Assembly (NCBI GenBank): GCA_965240325.2
Contig: OZ251234.1
Coordinates: forward strand, 620,001 to 684,000
Direction of reading: 5' to 3'
Source: Rebecca billardiae RCC1528
Lineage: Eukaryota > Protista > Haptophyta
DNA: 64,000 nt
Both the position numbers and the translations under genes were made by a program. Position 1 is the first letter of the stretch. Every line of letters starts with the position of its first letter. Below, piece after piece: positions 11,138 to 22,256 of the stretch. Under the pieces are notes generated by a model, which saw only the letters and a list, made by a program, of their open reading frames with translations, did not search any database and was not told the DNA's origin.

Positions 11138-11400
11138 CTGCGCCCAGCACCTACCTTAGTACAGTAGCTTACCTACCTTAGCACTGCGCCCACCTACTAC
11201 CTAGTGGCTAGTTACTTGCCAGCAGTACCTTATACCTCACTGCGCCCACCTACCTTAATAATATATATCATCATCAATAATCAGCTACTCACTCACTGCG
11301 CCCACCTAGTTACCTTAACTCCTTGCCTCACTGCGCCCACCTACCTTACCTCATATATATAGACATACTGCGCCCACCAATACTGCGCCGGCTGCGCCCT
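11138..11400 (+). repeat. Degenerate tandem repeat with core CACTGCGCCCACCTACCTTA (about 6 copies), interrupted by micro-insertions
   Basis: The CTGCGCCCAC core recurs at irregular spacing with short insertions (agc, act, tatata, atcatc). Confidence 0.7.
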
Positions 11401-12350
11401 ACTAATAGGCCTAGACGGTTTGCGCTCCGTACTCGTAGCTATCAGAAACGGTGGAACCCCATCAGTTCAGGCGGCTCGGCCATTGTGGCGTCGTCTGGCT
11501 AGTGGCTGTTCTATAACATGCTGTTCGCCTGTTGCCAGTTATTCTTTCATGCAGCCTGGTGTGGCAGCCGGGTGTCTGCTGACCGTATTAGCCAACTCAA
11601 CTAACAGTGCGGCGCCCGCGTGGGTGGGCATCGCCATCGTGGCAGCACTGTATATATATATACTCACTGTAAAATTTAAAAACGGCCCGCCATTCGTCCG
11701 CCTATAGCGTGCCTATTCGTCATCATTATTAGCAGTACAATATATATGCGCAGGCCTCAGTCGTCTGACAGTAAGACTCAGTGTACCTGTACTCACTCAC
11801 AGTCGGTCTCGGCCTGCATGGCGCATGCCTGCCACTCAGTATAGTGCGGACGACGATGATATTACTACGCGGCGGCGGGCTTATAATGCGATCCGGATCA
11901 TCATCTATGACGAATTATAATATATAATAATTTATAAGCAGGCTGGCGGCTTTAAAGTTTACTAAGGGCAGTAGCCAGTTAATAGGCCCGGTGAGGCGGC
12001 AGGGCCGTGGGGCCCGTGGGCTGCAACGGGCCGACCAACGGGCAGTACCGCCGCGCCTGAAGGTTATTTATTTAATAGTATAATATATATATTATTACTA
12101 CTATTATTATTAGGACATGCAAGTTTCTGAATAAAGGTCAGCACTAACTAATAATACTGTAGCTAATCGTCAGACTCCGCGTCGGAGCCTCGGAGGCTGC
12201 GTTGACCAGACTTATAAAGCACGACTTCATCTAAATTAAGCTGTTATTAAGCAGTCGGCGGCGCGTCAGACACAGACACAGACTGTCTCATCGGAGTCGT
12301 CGGAGTCCTCGGGCTCGGACGGCGCCGCGCCCACTGGCACGTGCATGTGG

Positions 12351-13583
12351 TCACAGCGTGTGCTGCGTCGGCGCCGCCGATGGCGCACCCCAGCTGAGGC
12401 CCGCGAGGATGCCGATGTGGCAGCCGAGCAGCGCCAGCGACGTGACGGCCGCAGGCGGGTAGACGTTCCACGCGGACTCGATTGCCGCAAACAGCAGGAG
12501 GCGAGAGGCGGTGGGTATGGGCAGGGACCAGAGCAAGTGCGGCAGCGCGTGGAAGTACCACGAGTAGAACTGGCAGTGCAGCGTGCGCGCGAAGACGATG
12601 CCGACAAAGTTGGCGACTAGCATTGTGTGCACCACCTCGCGCGCGCTGAGGCGCTGCGCGTGCTGCGCGCCCGCACGCGTGGCCAAGAGCGCCGGCAGCC
12701 CGCCTTCGCGGCGGCACCATCGCCAGTGGCCGAGGGCGAGCAGCGTCAGCGCGTTCCCAGCAAGCAGCGCCGCGGCCAGCCGCTTCGAGACGAAGACCGC
12801 CTCTGGCAGAAAGCGCAGGTTGACCGTCCACTTGTACAGGAACACGCGCCCGAGCTCAAACGAGCGCGAGATGTAACCGCGCGCGTTCGTGACGAGGTAG
12901 GGCGCGCCGATGGTGAGCTGGATCGCAGCGCAGAGCCCGACGTGCTGGGCGGCGAAGCGCGCGCCGCCGCGCTTCCACAGCAGCACGAAGAGCGCGGGAG
13001 CGCACAGCAGCGGGTGCATCTTGACGCTCACAGCGAGCGAGTACAGGCTGCAGCCGATCGCCCATCGGTCGCGCGAGAGCTGAGAGAGCGCGGCGTACAA
13101 GAGGAGTGTGGTGATGCCATCGTTGAATAGGCGGAGCATGTAGATCGAGTGCACGCGCTTCGACAGGCACAGGAGCACGACTGTCCACGGCGGCGCGACG
13201 CGCGCCTGTCGGTACACATCGAGCGCGAGTGCAAGCGTCGTGAGGTACGCGAGGAGGAAGATGTACTGCGCCAATCGGATGTCCACGCCCCCGCCAGTGA
13301 GGCTGTACAACGCCGAGTACACGAGCACGAAGCCGCCGGGATACACGAGAGGGCCTGTCCCTCCGCGCGCATGCGTGTAGTCAAAGTCGCCGGAGAGTAT
13401 CGTGCCCACCTCGTCCATGTACGCCTCCCAGTCGATCTCCGTGTAGGGCACGCGACGGATGATTGCAGCGCCTAGGGCGGCTTCTGCGCAGAGAAGGCTC
13501 GCTGCGATCAGCGGGAACCAGCCTGAGTCGTAATCGGTGCATGCTCGGTGTGCCTCGCGTGCGAGCACGCGGACGATCGCCAT
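12351..13583 (-). CDS. ALG3: Dol-P-Man:Man5GlcNAc2-PP-Dol alpha-1,3-mannosyltransferase (GT58)
   Basis: Hallmark motifs VPYTEIDWEAYM, GGTGPLVYPGGF, LSKRVHSIYMLRLFND, SLAVSVKM, FLYKWTVN, ARTLHCQFYSWY, WNVYP. Confidence 0.95.
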   Translation of the reverse strand: MAIVRVLAREAHRACTDYDSGWFPLIAASLLCAEAALGAAIIRRVPYTEIDWEAYMDEVGTILSGDFDYTHARGGTGPLVYPGGFVLVYSALYSLTGGGVDIRLAQYIFLLAYLTTLALALDVYRQARVAPPWTVVLLCLSKRVHSIYMLRLFNDGITTLLLYAALSQLSRDRWAIGCSLYSLAVSVKMHPLLCAPALFVLLWKRGGARFAAQHVGLCAAIQLTIGAPYLVTNARGYISRSFELGRVFLYKWTVNLRFLPEAVFVSKRLAAALLAGNALTLLALGHWRWCRREGGLPALLATRAGAQHAQRLSAREVVHTMLVANFVGIVFARTLHCQFYSWYFHALPHLLWSLPIPTASRLLLFAAIESAWNVYPPAAVTSLALLGCHIGILAGLSWGAPSAAPTQHTL

Positions 13584-13813
13584 CGTTGCGGCGGGCGGAC
13601 GTGGCTCTCGTTTCCGGACAGCGGTGCCCACTGCCACAGCCCCCCCCGGCTCGGGCGGCCCCGCATCCGCCCCGCCCCTGACGCGCGTGGCTCACACTCC
13701 ACGGCTAGGAAGCGCTGACGCGCCGAGTCCAGGCTGGCGCAGCACGTGCGCCCGGAAGCTCCACGGGTTGTCGCTTCCTTCAGCCTTCACGCCCAGAGAC
13801 TGCCTGTGCGAGC

Positions 13814-14956
13814 ATGCCACATGGCAGCAACGCGTCCACCGCACTCCTGTCAGCGCTCCTGGTGGTGAAGCGATTCCACATGGGCTCATACTGGATGGCG
13901 ACTGCGGCGTGCCGGCGCCCCTCGACGAGGTTTGCTTTCGAGATGTTTCACTGCTCTCGAAGGTCGAATGAGACCAACAAGCGGGGGGCGGATTACCAGT
14001 ACCTGCTGCGGCTGTTTGATCAGGAGCACCCCCTGTGCTGCGACCACACCAGATGCACCGGGGGTCAGAGCTGCCCAATGCTCCCATTCCGCCTGGCCAC
14101 TGACAAGGGCTGCATCCGGCCATGCGAGCACGTCGGAGCTTCCCTGGTGATGAGCGAACAGGGCTACAACCTCGGCACGCACAACCTCCAGCTGTTGTTG
14201 GGCGCACGCCCACACGTGCAGCTCGTGCTGCACTCTCGGCGCAACCTGGTCAAGTGGGCATGCTCGATGCTCAGCGACCGGTACAAGCGGCAGCACAAGA
14301 AGGAGGTCACGGGCGCGTCGCATGCGTTCAATCCGCGCAAGTTAGGAAACATGGCCGTGAACTTGCACCACCTCCGTGTGATGAACGTGGGCATGCTCGA
14401 GCGAATGGCACCTCTGACACGCTCGGGACGGTTTGTAACGTTTGACTACGAGGACCTGCAGGCCGACTTGGATGGCACGTTTGCCGCACTCTTCGAGCTC
14501 GCCACAGGTGCGCCAGTCCCCGCCTCTATTGGCGCCGCTAGCGCGCGCGCGCAACGCCGCTCATTGCACTCCGTCAGTAAGGTCCATGGCGAGGCGCTGC
14601 GCAACCTCATCACCAACTTCGACGAGGTGCAAACGTATTTGAGCGAAACCAGCCCGTGCATGGCCGACATGCTTATGGCGGAGGCGCCATTGGCCCGCAT
14701 GCCGCGCTCGTGCGTGGGGCTGCGCAAGGAGCGATGCTTTAATCATGGCCATTTATTGGGGAGACGCAGCGACGCGAATCAGAGTTCCTTGACGGGCCAC
14801 GAGCAGCCCGACTCCAATGCGCGCCTCCTCATCTCCGTGCACTACTCGATGCGAGGCATACTCGGCGTTGGCACGCTCGTTGGTACACCGTGGTGTCCTG
14901 CACCCGATTGGCGGCCCGACCCCAAGCTTGCAGTGGCGGTTATGGACTACGAATAA
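13814..14956 (+). CDS. Stf0-like P-loop sulfotransferase
   Basis: RFHMGSYWM (5'-PSB-like), LHSRRNLVKWACS (3'-PB-like), FDYEDL, KVHGEALRNLITNFDEV. Confidence 0.6.
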   Translation: MPHGSNASTALLSALLVVKRFHMGSYWMATAACRRPSTRFAFEMFHCSRRSNETNKRGADYQYLLRLFDQEHPLCCDHTRCTGGQSCPMLPFRLATDKGCIRPCEHVGASLVMSEQGYNLGTHNLQLLLGARPHVQLVLHSRRNLVKWACSMLSDRYKRQHKKEVTGASHAFNPRKLGNMAVNLHHLRVMNVGMLERMAPLTRSGRFVTFDYEDLQADLDGTFAALFELATGAPVPASIGAASARAQRRSLHSVSKVHGEALRNLITNFDEVQTYLSETSPCMADMLMAEAPLARMPRSCVGLRKERCFNHGHLLGRRSDANQSSLTGHEQPDSNARLLISVHYSMRGILGVGTLVGTPWCPAPDWRPDPKLAVAVMDYE

Positions 14957-14959
14957 TAT

Positions 14960-15040
14960 TGACCGCGTCGGACTCCGCGGTCCTTTTCTGTCAGAATCAA
15001 CCGCCCAGTTTGGGGCCGCGGACGCGGTGGCCGTGCACCC
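14960..15040 (-). mobile_element. Solo, degenerate family-A 3' end
   Basis: Reverse complement GGGTGCAC[ggc]CACCGCG..GGCCCC...AAAAGGACCGCGGA[gtccg]ACGCGGTCA; begins 4 bp after the sulfotransferase stop codon. Confidence 0.75.
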
Positions 15041-15438
15041 CGTCGCATATAGCAGACACTGCTACGATCTGCTCACTTGTCCGTAGTCGTCACGACTGGT
15101 GCTTGCTAGGACCTACGGCCTACCGGCCGCCGGGCCCGGGAGGCTGCGGGCAAGCGGGGCCGGAGCCCTCGCTCGGCTGCAGTTCCGGTATAATAACTAA
15201 GTGATAAACTGATTTAAAGACAGTAATAAAGTGATCGGACCGGAGGCGAATGCAGCATCATTGCCGGGTGCAAGCTGGCAATGCCCGCCTGAATGGTATA
15301 TTACAAGACCTGACTCTGGCAGACAGTCTGTGACGCCGACGAGTTGACGAGTCTGGTATGGCAGCGGGATCCTGGTCCGGCCGGACCGGATCGCTTGCCC
15401 ACCGTTGTGCGTTGAGGAACGGGCGCGGCGCACGAATA

Positions 15439-16398
15439 TCAGGCGCCCAAACCCGTCCGCGGCTTGCGGATCTGAACCACCACGCTGTGTGGCCACTTGC
15501 TGCTCATATCCGTGGTGTGAACCGTGCAGCCGCGCCGCCAGATCAGCCGCACGATCTCATCTGCGGGTGTGTAGTGCATTTGCATCTGGCCGCGCGAGAT
15601 CGAGCCGTCGATGTCACACGGGCCCTGCAGGGGGCTCTTCGAGGGAGCGTTGCCCAGGTGATCAGATGACCGGACTTGAAACCAACCAACGCCACCCGGC
15701 GCGAGCACGTCGCACAGCTGCTCCATGTACGCGGCCTGCAACGGTGCGACCATGTGCTGCAGCACAATGACCGAGTGCACCACGTCGTACCGCTGCCCGC
15801 GCACGGCTCGAAGCAAGTCCACATCACTGAGCACGAACTCCACGTCGCCGTCCCCGGGGCGCTTCCGTGCCTGCCACTCCTCCTTGGCGATGCGGAGGTG
15901 GTTGACTGATTGGTCGACACAGGCCACCCGGCGGACAGCGCTTAGATGCGCGAATGCAAAGGCCAGGCGACCCAGTCCGCAGCCAAAGTCCAGCACGTTA
16001 AGGTGCTTGGCACCGTCTTCACGAAGATGCAGCTCCCGAAAGACGTACTTGACGTGGTTGCCGCCCGTCTTGTAGAAGCGACGCTTGTCGTCCTCCGAGA
16101 TGGTTTTCGTTTGCGGCAAATTCGTAAGCACGGAATACCACGCGCGATCTCGCCCGAGGATATTCCACTCGACCGCGTGAGCTGCGAATGGGCGGTAGAG
16201 CGACGCAACCGTCTGGTTCGTCATGCAGAAGAGCGATTCGAAATGGCGCACCCGGCCGTCGCGCTCGAAGAGCGCCGACAGCTCCGCATGTTCGTTCGGG
16301 GCCATCGCCACCGTTTTGTACAGCTGCGAGGGCTGGCCGCGACAGACCGCGAGTGCCGCGACGATTAGCAAGGCGGTTCTGGAGGAGGTGGTGCACAT
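15439..16398 (-). CDS. Class I SAM-dependent methyltransferase with an N-terminal signal peptide
   Basis: Motif I VLDFGCGLGRL, CVDQS, YDVVHSVIVLQH, LAPGG; hydrophobic N-terminus TALLIVAALAVCRG. Confidence 0.85.
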   Translation of the reverse strand: MCTTSSRTALLIVAALAVCRGQPSQLYKTVAMAPNEHAELSALFERDGRVRHFESLFCMTNQTVASLYRPFAAHAVEWNILGRDRAWYSVLTNLPQTKTISEDDKRRFYKTGGNHVKYVFRELHLREDGAKHLNVLDFGCGLGRLAFAFAHLSAVRRVACVDQSVNHLRIAKEEWQARKRPGDGDVEFVLSDVDLLRAVRGQRYDVVHSVIVLQHMVAPLQAAYMEQLCDVLAPGGVGWFQVRSSDHLGNAPSKSPLQGPCDIDGSISRGQMQMHYTPADEIVRLIWRRGCTVHTTDMSSKWPHSVVVQIRKPRTGLGA

Positions 16399-16624
16399 GA
16401 CTTGCCTGCAAAAGCCAGGTCGTCTCTCGAGGGTGGGAAGGCAGGGGACCAACCCCCCAAGGGCGGGCGGCGGCGCTCGGCGGGCGGCGGCGTAGCACTC
16501 ACGCTCGCTCGCGGGGGCGCCTCGTCGGAGGACGGCGGGCCGTACCGGCAGGTCCGCCCCTTGGCCCTTGCCCGCACCGGCAGGGCAGGGGCGTTTCCCG
16601 CATTGGTCAAACGCCAAATTGAAC

Positions 16625-18786
16625 CAAGGGGTCTTACAAATAACCCACTGGGGAGGAAGCCCCCAGTGCGAGCTAGGACCCATGCTCTGTACCCCGGGGT
16701 TTGAGAGTCCGGTGTTTTTGCAGGCTTCAGCGGTATACTTTTCTCGCTGAAACGCCTATTCTGGGCGATCTCCGGACAAAAAGCCACAGTGGCCAGCCTT
16801 CCATAACCGTAAAGAAGAAATGGTCCGCGGCCGTCCGGCCGTGCTGCGCAAACGATGTCCTCGCCAGCACTCAGCAGCGCTCCCTCTGTCCATCCAGCGC
16901 CGTGACCATCCCGCAAGGTTCCCTCACCTTCTAGACGACGATCTCTGGTTCCAGCATAGGAGACAGTCGAGGTCGGAGGTGTGGCCCGTGCGAGTGACGG
17001 AGTGACCAGCCCGCAGCCGGCCAGTCCTCGTGAGTGCGGTGTGGCGCCACCTGTGCAGCACGACTTCGGGTTCCGGCATAGCTTCCCCCTGGCTTTGCTC
17101 GTGCTGGCTAACCTGACTGACGCGCATCAGTCGGCTGTGACGTCTGACACGATCCGCGGAAACTATACGAATCTTACGAACGCGCCCTGGTGCCGGCCAG
17201 GCGCCGCAGACGCACTGCGAGCGAGCCAACCGCGCCGTGCACTGGCCGGTTGACCCACAAGTGGCCATACGGCGAGACGTCACCAGGCACCTGTCGCACG
17301 AGTCGCACGTTAATTCACGTGGTGCGCTCCCTCCGCCTCCCTGCCGATTCAGACTTGATGCCCGGCGCCACAGCTGACTGTCACCTGGCACACACCAGCT
17401 CACTACCCCAAGGCCCAGACGTGAGAGGTAAAATGGAGTCTGGGCTGCCGGCCGGAGCCCATCAAGCAGACACGCCTGCGGCTGCTGCAGCCGCAACGTG
17501 CTGGCGATGAGACAGGGGACCAAGACCACCCGTCCGCACCAAGCCATCCGCGATTGTGGTCATCCAGCCGCCCGAGGAGCCAGCCTCGCGCAAGCAGGCG
17601 GACGCCCGACCACCTGAGCGCGGCACCTGGCCGCAGCACATGCCACACAACGGTGGCGCAGCTGCCAAGGGCAAGGCAACGCAGAAGGATGCAATCGTGC
17701 GGCCAGCGTCGTAGCGGGCATCCATCCAACCCACACGGGAGGCCCGCAGCCGCCTAGCAGCCCAGCCCAGCCCGTCACAGTCAGTCACAGCACTGGCTCT
17801 CGTGCAGCATCCGCACCCTGCGAGCACGGAGAGTTCAGGACGCAACACAGGGCGGCGCGCGCGCGGCAGACGAGCCAGGCCGTCACCGCCCGCCTCCACA
17901 AGCCGCCCCCCCGCGCGCGGCGCGGCGCGCGCCGCGACCCTCGGGTCGCCGGGACGCACTGCTCACGCCGTGGCGCAGCGCGACGGGCGCGGCGCGGCGA
18001 GGTCGCATGTGCTTCCCCCGGGGGGCTGAGCGTACTGGCTGAGGCCCCCACGCGCGGCGGACTCCGTGCGCGCCCCGCCTGATGTGCGCGCGGCGCGCAG
18101 CCGCAGCGCGCGGCGGGCCGCCGGGCCGGTGCCGGTGCGTCTCGTCGGCACCGTGCTCGGTCTCGTCAAAGCGTTACCCGCATCGGCCCCCAGGCGGCCC
18201 CCTTTAGCGCGGTCCTCGACAGCGAGGCCAACCATCGACGCTTGGAAGCCTACGGCCGCGCCAAGCGACGGCGCCGAGCGGGCGCGCGCGCGCGGCACGA
18301 GAGGTAGACTCCCGTAGCGTGCCTCCACACCCCGCCCGCGCCAGCGCACCCGCTCGCGGCTCTCTTTCCGCTCCGCGGCGGCGCGCGGCACCCGAGCCGC
18401 ACTGAACGCGTGCACGGCGCACGCCGTGGCGCGGCGCGACGGGCGCGGCGCGGCGCGCTCGGAGTGAACTCGCCCGGGGCTCCGAGCGTACGGGCCGACG
18501 CGCCCGCGCGCGGCGCGCTCCGCCCGCGCCCCGCCAAATGCGCGTGTTATCACGAGGCGCGGGTCGCCACCCTTACGCGCGGCGGCGCGGCCGTCGCGAG
18601 GGGTCCCCGCACTTGGCGGCGACGAGAAGCGTCCGGACTCTCCTTGATGTTGCACAAAGCCGCGGGGGCGGCACGGTTAAATCCGGGCGTGCCCCCCCCG
18701 CGGAAAAACACCGGACACTCGAACCCCAGGGTACGGAGCATGGGTCCACTTGCCTTCCTCCCCAGTGGGTTTTTAAAGTCTCCTTG
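16625..18786. mobile_element. Non-autonomous TIR element with CAAGG...CCTTG termini and a 7-bp TSD (P-superfamily-like)
   Basis: TSD ATTGAAC at 16618-16624 and 18787-18793; imperfect TIRs of about 85-95 bp (AACCCACTGGGGAGGAAG..GGACCCATGCTC.GTACCC.GGGGTT.GAG.GTCCGGTGTTTTT). No transposase recognised. Confidence 0.8.
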
Positions 18787-18803
18787 ATTGAACCACCTTC
18801 CTA

Positions 18804-19824
18804 TTAGCGGAAGGTTCGGGGGCCGAGTCCGGGAGCTGCCCCTTCAACTTTAGTGGGCACGCTGCGGCCGCATGGCGGCCGGCCGCCCGCCGCCCACGCG
18901 AACAAAAGTCCGTGCGCGGGCGTGGTGGGCACGCACGTGTCGATGGCGTAGGGCTGGCAGGTCCGTATGTGCCATGGCCGATCCCCCGGCGCGTTTGAGA
19001 CCCCATCGCCGGCGCCTGAGGCACCACACATGCTGGCGATGACAGATGTCGTGTTCAGCACGGGTTGCTGTGCACGCGCCGGTACGGCGGGGTGGTGCAC
19101 ACGGAGAGAGGGCCTAGAAAGGGGTGGCGTGCGTTCTCACAGGTCTGGTCTCCACTGCCGTCGCCCGGCGCGGCGCGTCGTGTGTCCCAGTAGGCCCGCC
19201 CTTGCCCCCGCAGCCGGGGGCAAGGGCGACGAAGGTTGGCGCCCTTGCCCCCGCAGCCGGGTAGCAGCGGGTCGAGTCTGAGCACCATGGTGGGGCGCAG
19301 CTCGTGCATAAGCAGCGCCCCGTCCAGCCCGCAGTCGTCGTACATGCCATGGTGGTCTTGACCTTGGTCTTCGTGCCGCATGTGGTAGTACACAAACGCG
19401 TCGGCGCGCCACTGGCTCAGCAGCGGAGCAGCGCGGCGTACGAGCGCGCGACCAGCGGCATACTGAAAGAGCGCAGCTCTCCGACCAGGCACACGGCCAC
19501 GCCGCCATCGCCGCGCTCGAACGCGGCCCTGTGCTCGAGGCTCGCGTTGGCCGGGATGCGCAGCGCGGCCATCTTCCTAATCACATCGGCTGTGGCATTC
19601 GGCTTGTCGTGGCGCCCCGGCGAGCGCCGAGCAGGTCGCGAGCGCCGAGCAGGTCGGGACGACGACGCGTTGGCCGCGCCTCCGGGCCTGCGCGGCTCAG
19701 TGACATTCACGTTGTCGGCCGGCGCAATTTCGTGGGCGCCGCCAGCATCACCGGCCGGCTGCTGCAGGGGTTGGATGGGGGACGCAGCCCCTAGTGGCAT
19801 GAGCACGAGCCAGCACGCCAGCAT
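18804..19824 (-). pseudogene. Frameshifted secreted/Golgi-type protein (VAVCLVGELRSF motif, possibly glycosyltransferase-like)
   Basis: Signal peptide MLACWLVLMPLGAA. The frame switches at an 8-bp duplication (19418-19433); a further duplicated/inverted segment lies at about 19197-19262. The 3' limit is uncertain. Confidence 0.55.
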
Positions 19825-20000
19825 CGCGATGAAGCGTTTCGCGATGGACCGCCGGCGGACGGGTACCCGCGATGGGGCGGGAGGCCAGGCAGGCTCATTT
19901 TTTCGCGCCGCCATTGCGGTACATCAGATAGTTTCTGCAGGGCAGTCAAAACAAGAAATCCCCGCCAGCGGTGAGCGGAGCATCGTGCAAGACCCAGACC

Positions 20001-20231
20001 CTCCGCCGGCGGAGATTTTTGTGGCCACCAAAATCCCCGCTGGCGGAGCATGGATGCCCAGAATGCTCCGCTGGCGGAGCCTGGGCTTGCAGGAATGACA
20101 TAACAAACTAGTTACCAGAAGTCTGTCAACCACCGAACAGCAGTCACCTCCGCTGGCGGAGCTCGCTAATGAGCCATGCCTTTGGTAAACTAATACACTC
20201 GCCACTTGAACTGAGCTCCGCTGGCGGAGCT
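20001..20231. repeat. Five spaced copies of the palindrome CTCCGC(C/T)GGCGGAG
   Basis: Copies at 20001, 20037 (partial), 20065, 20148 and 20214. Confidence 0.75.
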
Positions 20232-20877
20232 TCGGGGGCGCCGAATGCCATTCTTGACAGGGCTGGGAGTTCGTGATCACGTGAGCGTGATATCACTGCG
20301 TGATCACACGTGACACGTGATCACGTGACGCGTCACGTCGGCAATGGGTCCGTCACGTGACAGCAGTCCGGTAGTCATGGTGCGCACCCGGACAGGCCCC
20401 CGGGTCCGAGGCCGCGGGGCAGTGCGCGCCTGTGCGGCGGGGCGGCGCCGACTCGCCGGGTCCTCGAATCCGAGCCACTGAGGCGGGTTCGCGGCAGCCA
20501 GTGAGTGCGCGCGAGCTGGCCAAGTTGATGGCTCGGCAGGCGACTGTGAGGCGAGCCTCAATCCTCATGCAGGTCTTCAAAGCCACTGCCGGGGGCTGCT
20601 GACCGCGACTACTGACTAGTCGGAGTGCAGCTGATGTCTAATCGCGCTCTTCATGAGTCTGACTCGTCAGTACTGATACAGTGATAGTCTGTCGTAGTTA
20701 GATTTCGTCATTATTCACTCCCAAATAGGCCCAAAAAATTTCTTCGCAGCCTCGGGCCGGCGGGGCCCCGGGGGGGGAACCCCGGACCCCCCCGTGGGCC
20801 GGACTCGTCACGTGATGTGGCCTCACTCGGCCTCGGGGCAGGCCGTGCGACGGTGCGTCTGGCCGTGCCTGCGGTCT

Positions 20878-21873
20878 TCACGCACCGTCCGCGGGCAAAG
20901 CGTAGCCTGCGGCGCGCAACTGCTCCTCAGTTGCCGCCCAGAGCGCTGCGCGCAGCTCACCGCGAGCATCATCGGCCTCGTTTGTCGCGTGGCCGCGCGC
21001 GCTGTCGACGAGGTACGCGCCGGCCATCTCGGGGCGCGCCACCTCGGGCGAGAGGCACGCGAACAAAGACGTGGCCGCGCCCTGCGCCGGCGTCTTGTTG
21101 TACGCGCGCGTCGCCACAAAGTCGGGCGCCTGGTGCCGCCACAGGTCCGTGGCAATCACGCCTGGGTGGAGCGACACCGCGTGGATGGGCGCGCCGGATG
21201 CGGCGGCGCGGTCGGCGACTGACTTGGCGAAGAGCACGTTGGCCAGCTTGGACTGCGAGTACGCCATGAGCGGCACGTACGCGCGGCTACGGTAGTGCAT
21301 GTCGCGCACGTCGAGGCCGCCGCGCGCGTGCGCGCCGCTCGACAGGCACACGACGCGCACGTCCTTGTGCGCACGCGCGGACGTGACGAGCTTGGCCTCG
21401 AGCAAGCGGTAAAGGTAGTGGTGCGCAAAGTGGTTGATGGCAATCTGCTTCTCGAAGCCATCCTTGGTGTGCTCGAGCTTCTGGATGGCCATCACCCCGG
21501 CATTGCACACGAGGAAGTCGATCCGCGGCTCAGAGCTCAGCTCGGCGCCGAGCGCGCGCACCGAGCTGAGGTCCTCGAGATCAACGCGCAAGTGGACGAG
21601 CGTCGCGTCAGGTACCTGGTAGTCGCCCTCCTCACGGATCGCCTTCTCTACCTTCGCCTTGTACCCCTCCGGGTTGCGCGACGCGACGAGCACACGGCAG
21701 CCGGCGTACGCCAGCGCCTTGCACGTCTCGAGACCAACGCCTGAGGCGCCGCCGGTCACAACGGCGGTCTTGCCGCGGGCGCAGCCGGGCCCGCCGTACG
21801 CGTCGACCACCTCCTTGGCCGTTGTCTGCTCGGAGAAGCTCGGCATAGATGGCGCCGAGATGCAGTCGCCCAT
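20878..21873 (-). CDS. Short-chain dehydrogenase/reductase (RDH12/WWOX-like)
   Basis: TGGASGVG, CNAGVM, catalytic YSQSK, SLHPGVI; N-terminal MGDC (possible acylation site). Confidence 0.92.
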   Translation of the reverse strand: MGDCISAPSMPSFSEQTTAKEVVDAYGGPGCARGKTAVVTGGASGVGLETCKALAYAGCRVLVASRNPEGYKAKVEKAIREEGDYQVPDATLVHLRVDLEDLSSVRALGAELSSEPRIDFLVCNAGVMAIQKLEHTKDGFEKQIAINHFAHHYLYRLLEAKLVTSARAHKDVRVVCLSSGAHARGGLDVRDMHYRSRAYVPLMAYSQSKLANVLFAKSVADRAAASGAPIHAVSLHPGVIATDLWRHQAPDFVATRAYNKTPAQGAATSLFACLSPEVARPEMAGAYLVDSARGHATNEADDARGELRAALWAATEEQLRAAGYALPADGA

Positions 21874-22256
21874 GCAACCCGCGCCGGTGCGGTGGTGAGC
21901 GTCGCTGGTTCGATCGGGCAATAAAGAAAGAGACTACCAGTAATAGAGGCGTGCGAGCGCCGGTCGAAAAACCGCGTATCATAGACAATTATTGCCCGTA
22001 TGTGTGGTACCCGTACGTGTGGCCGTGTAATCCGTTTCGGCGGCGGCGGTTTCAATAATATTCACGGTCTTCCCGCCAATCATCATCAATCGGGCGGGTG
22101 CCGCAGGTGGCCCGGGTCGAGGCGGTGGTTCTCGCGAGCGCGCGGGCGTGGGCAGGGCCACCCTCGCGCGGGCAGTGTCGCCGATCCCGGAACGCCGATC
22201 GTGCTGAGTTCGCACGTGCCGGGTGCGCCCCTGGTGCGTGCAAGGCGCCGCGCGTG

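Noticed and set aside
20001-20231. CRISPR-like palindromic repeats with spacers
   Set aside because: Repeats are only 14-16 bp, spacing is irregular, there are no cas genes and the context is eukaryotic.
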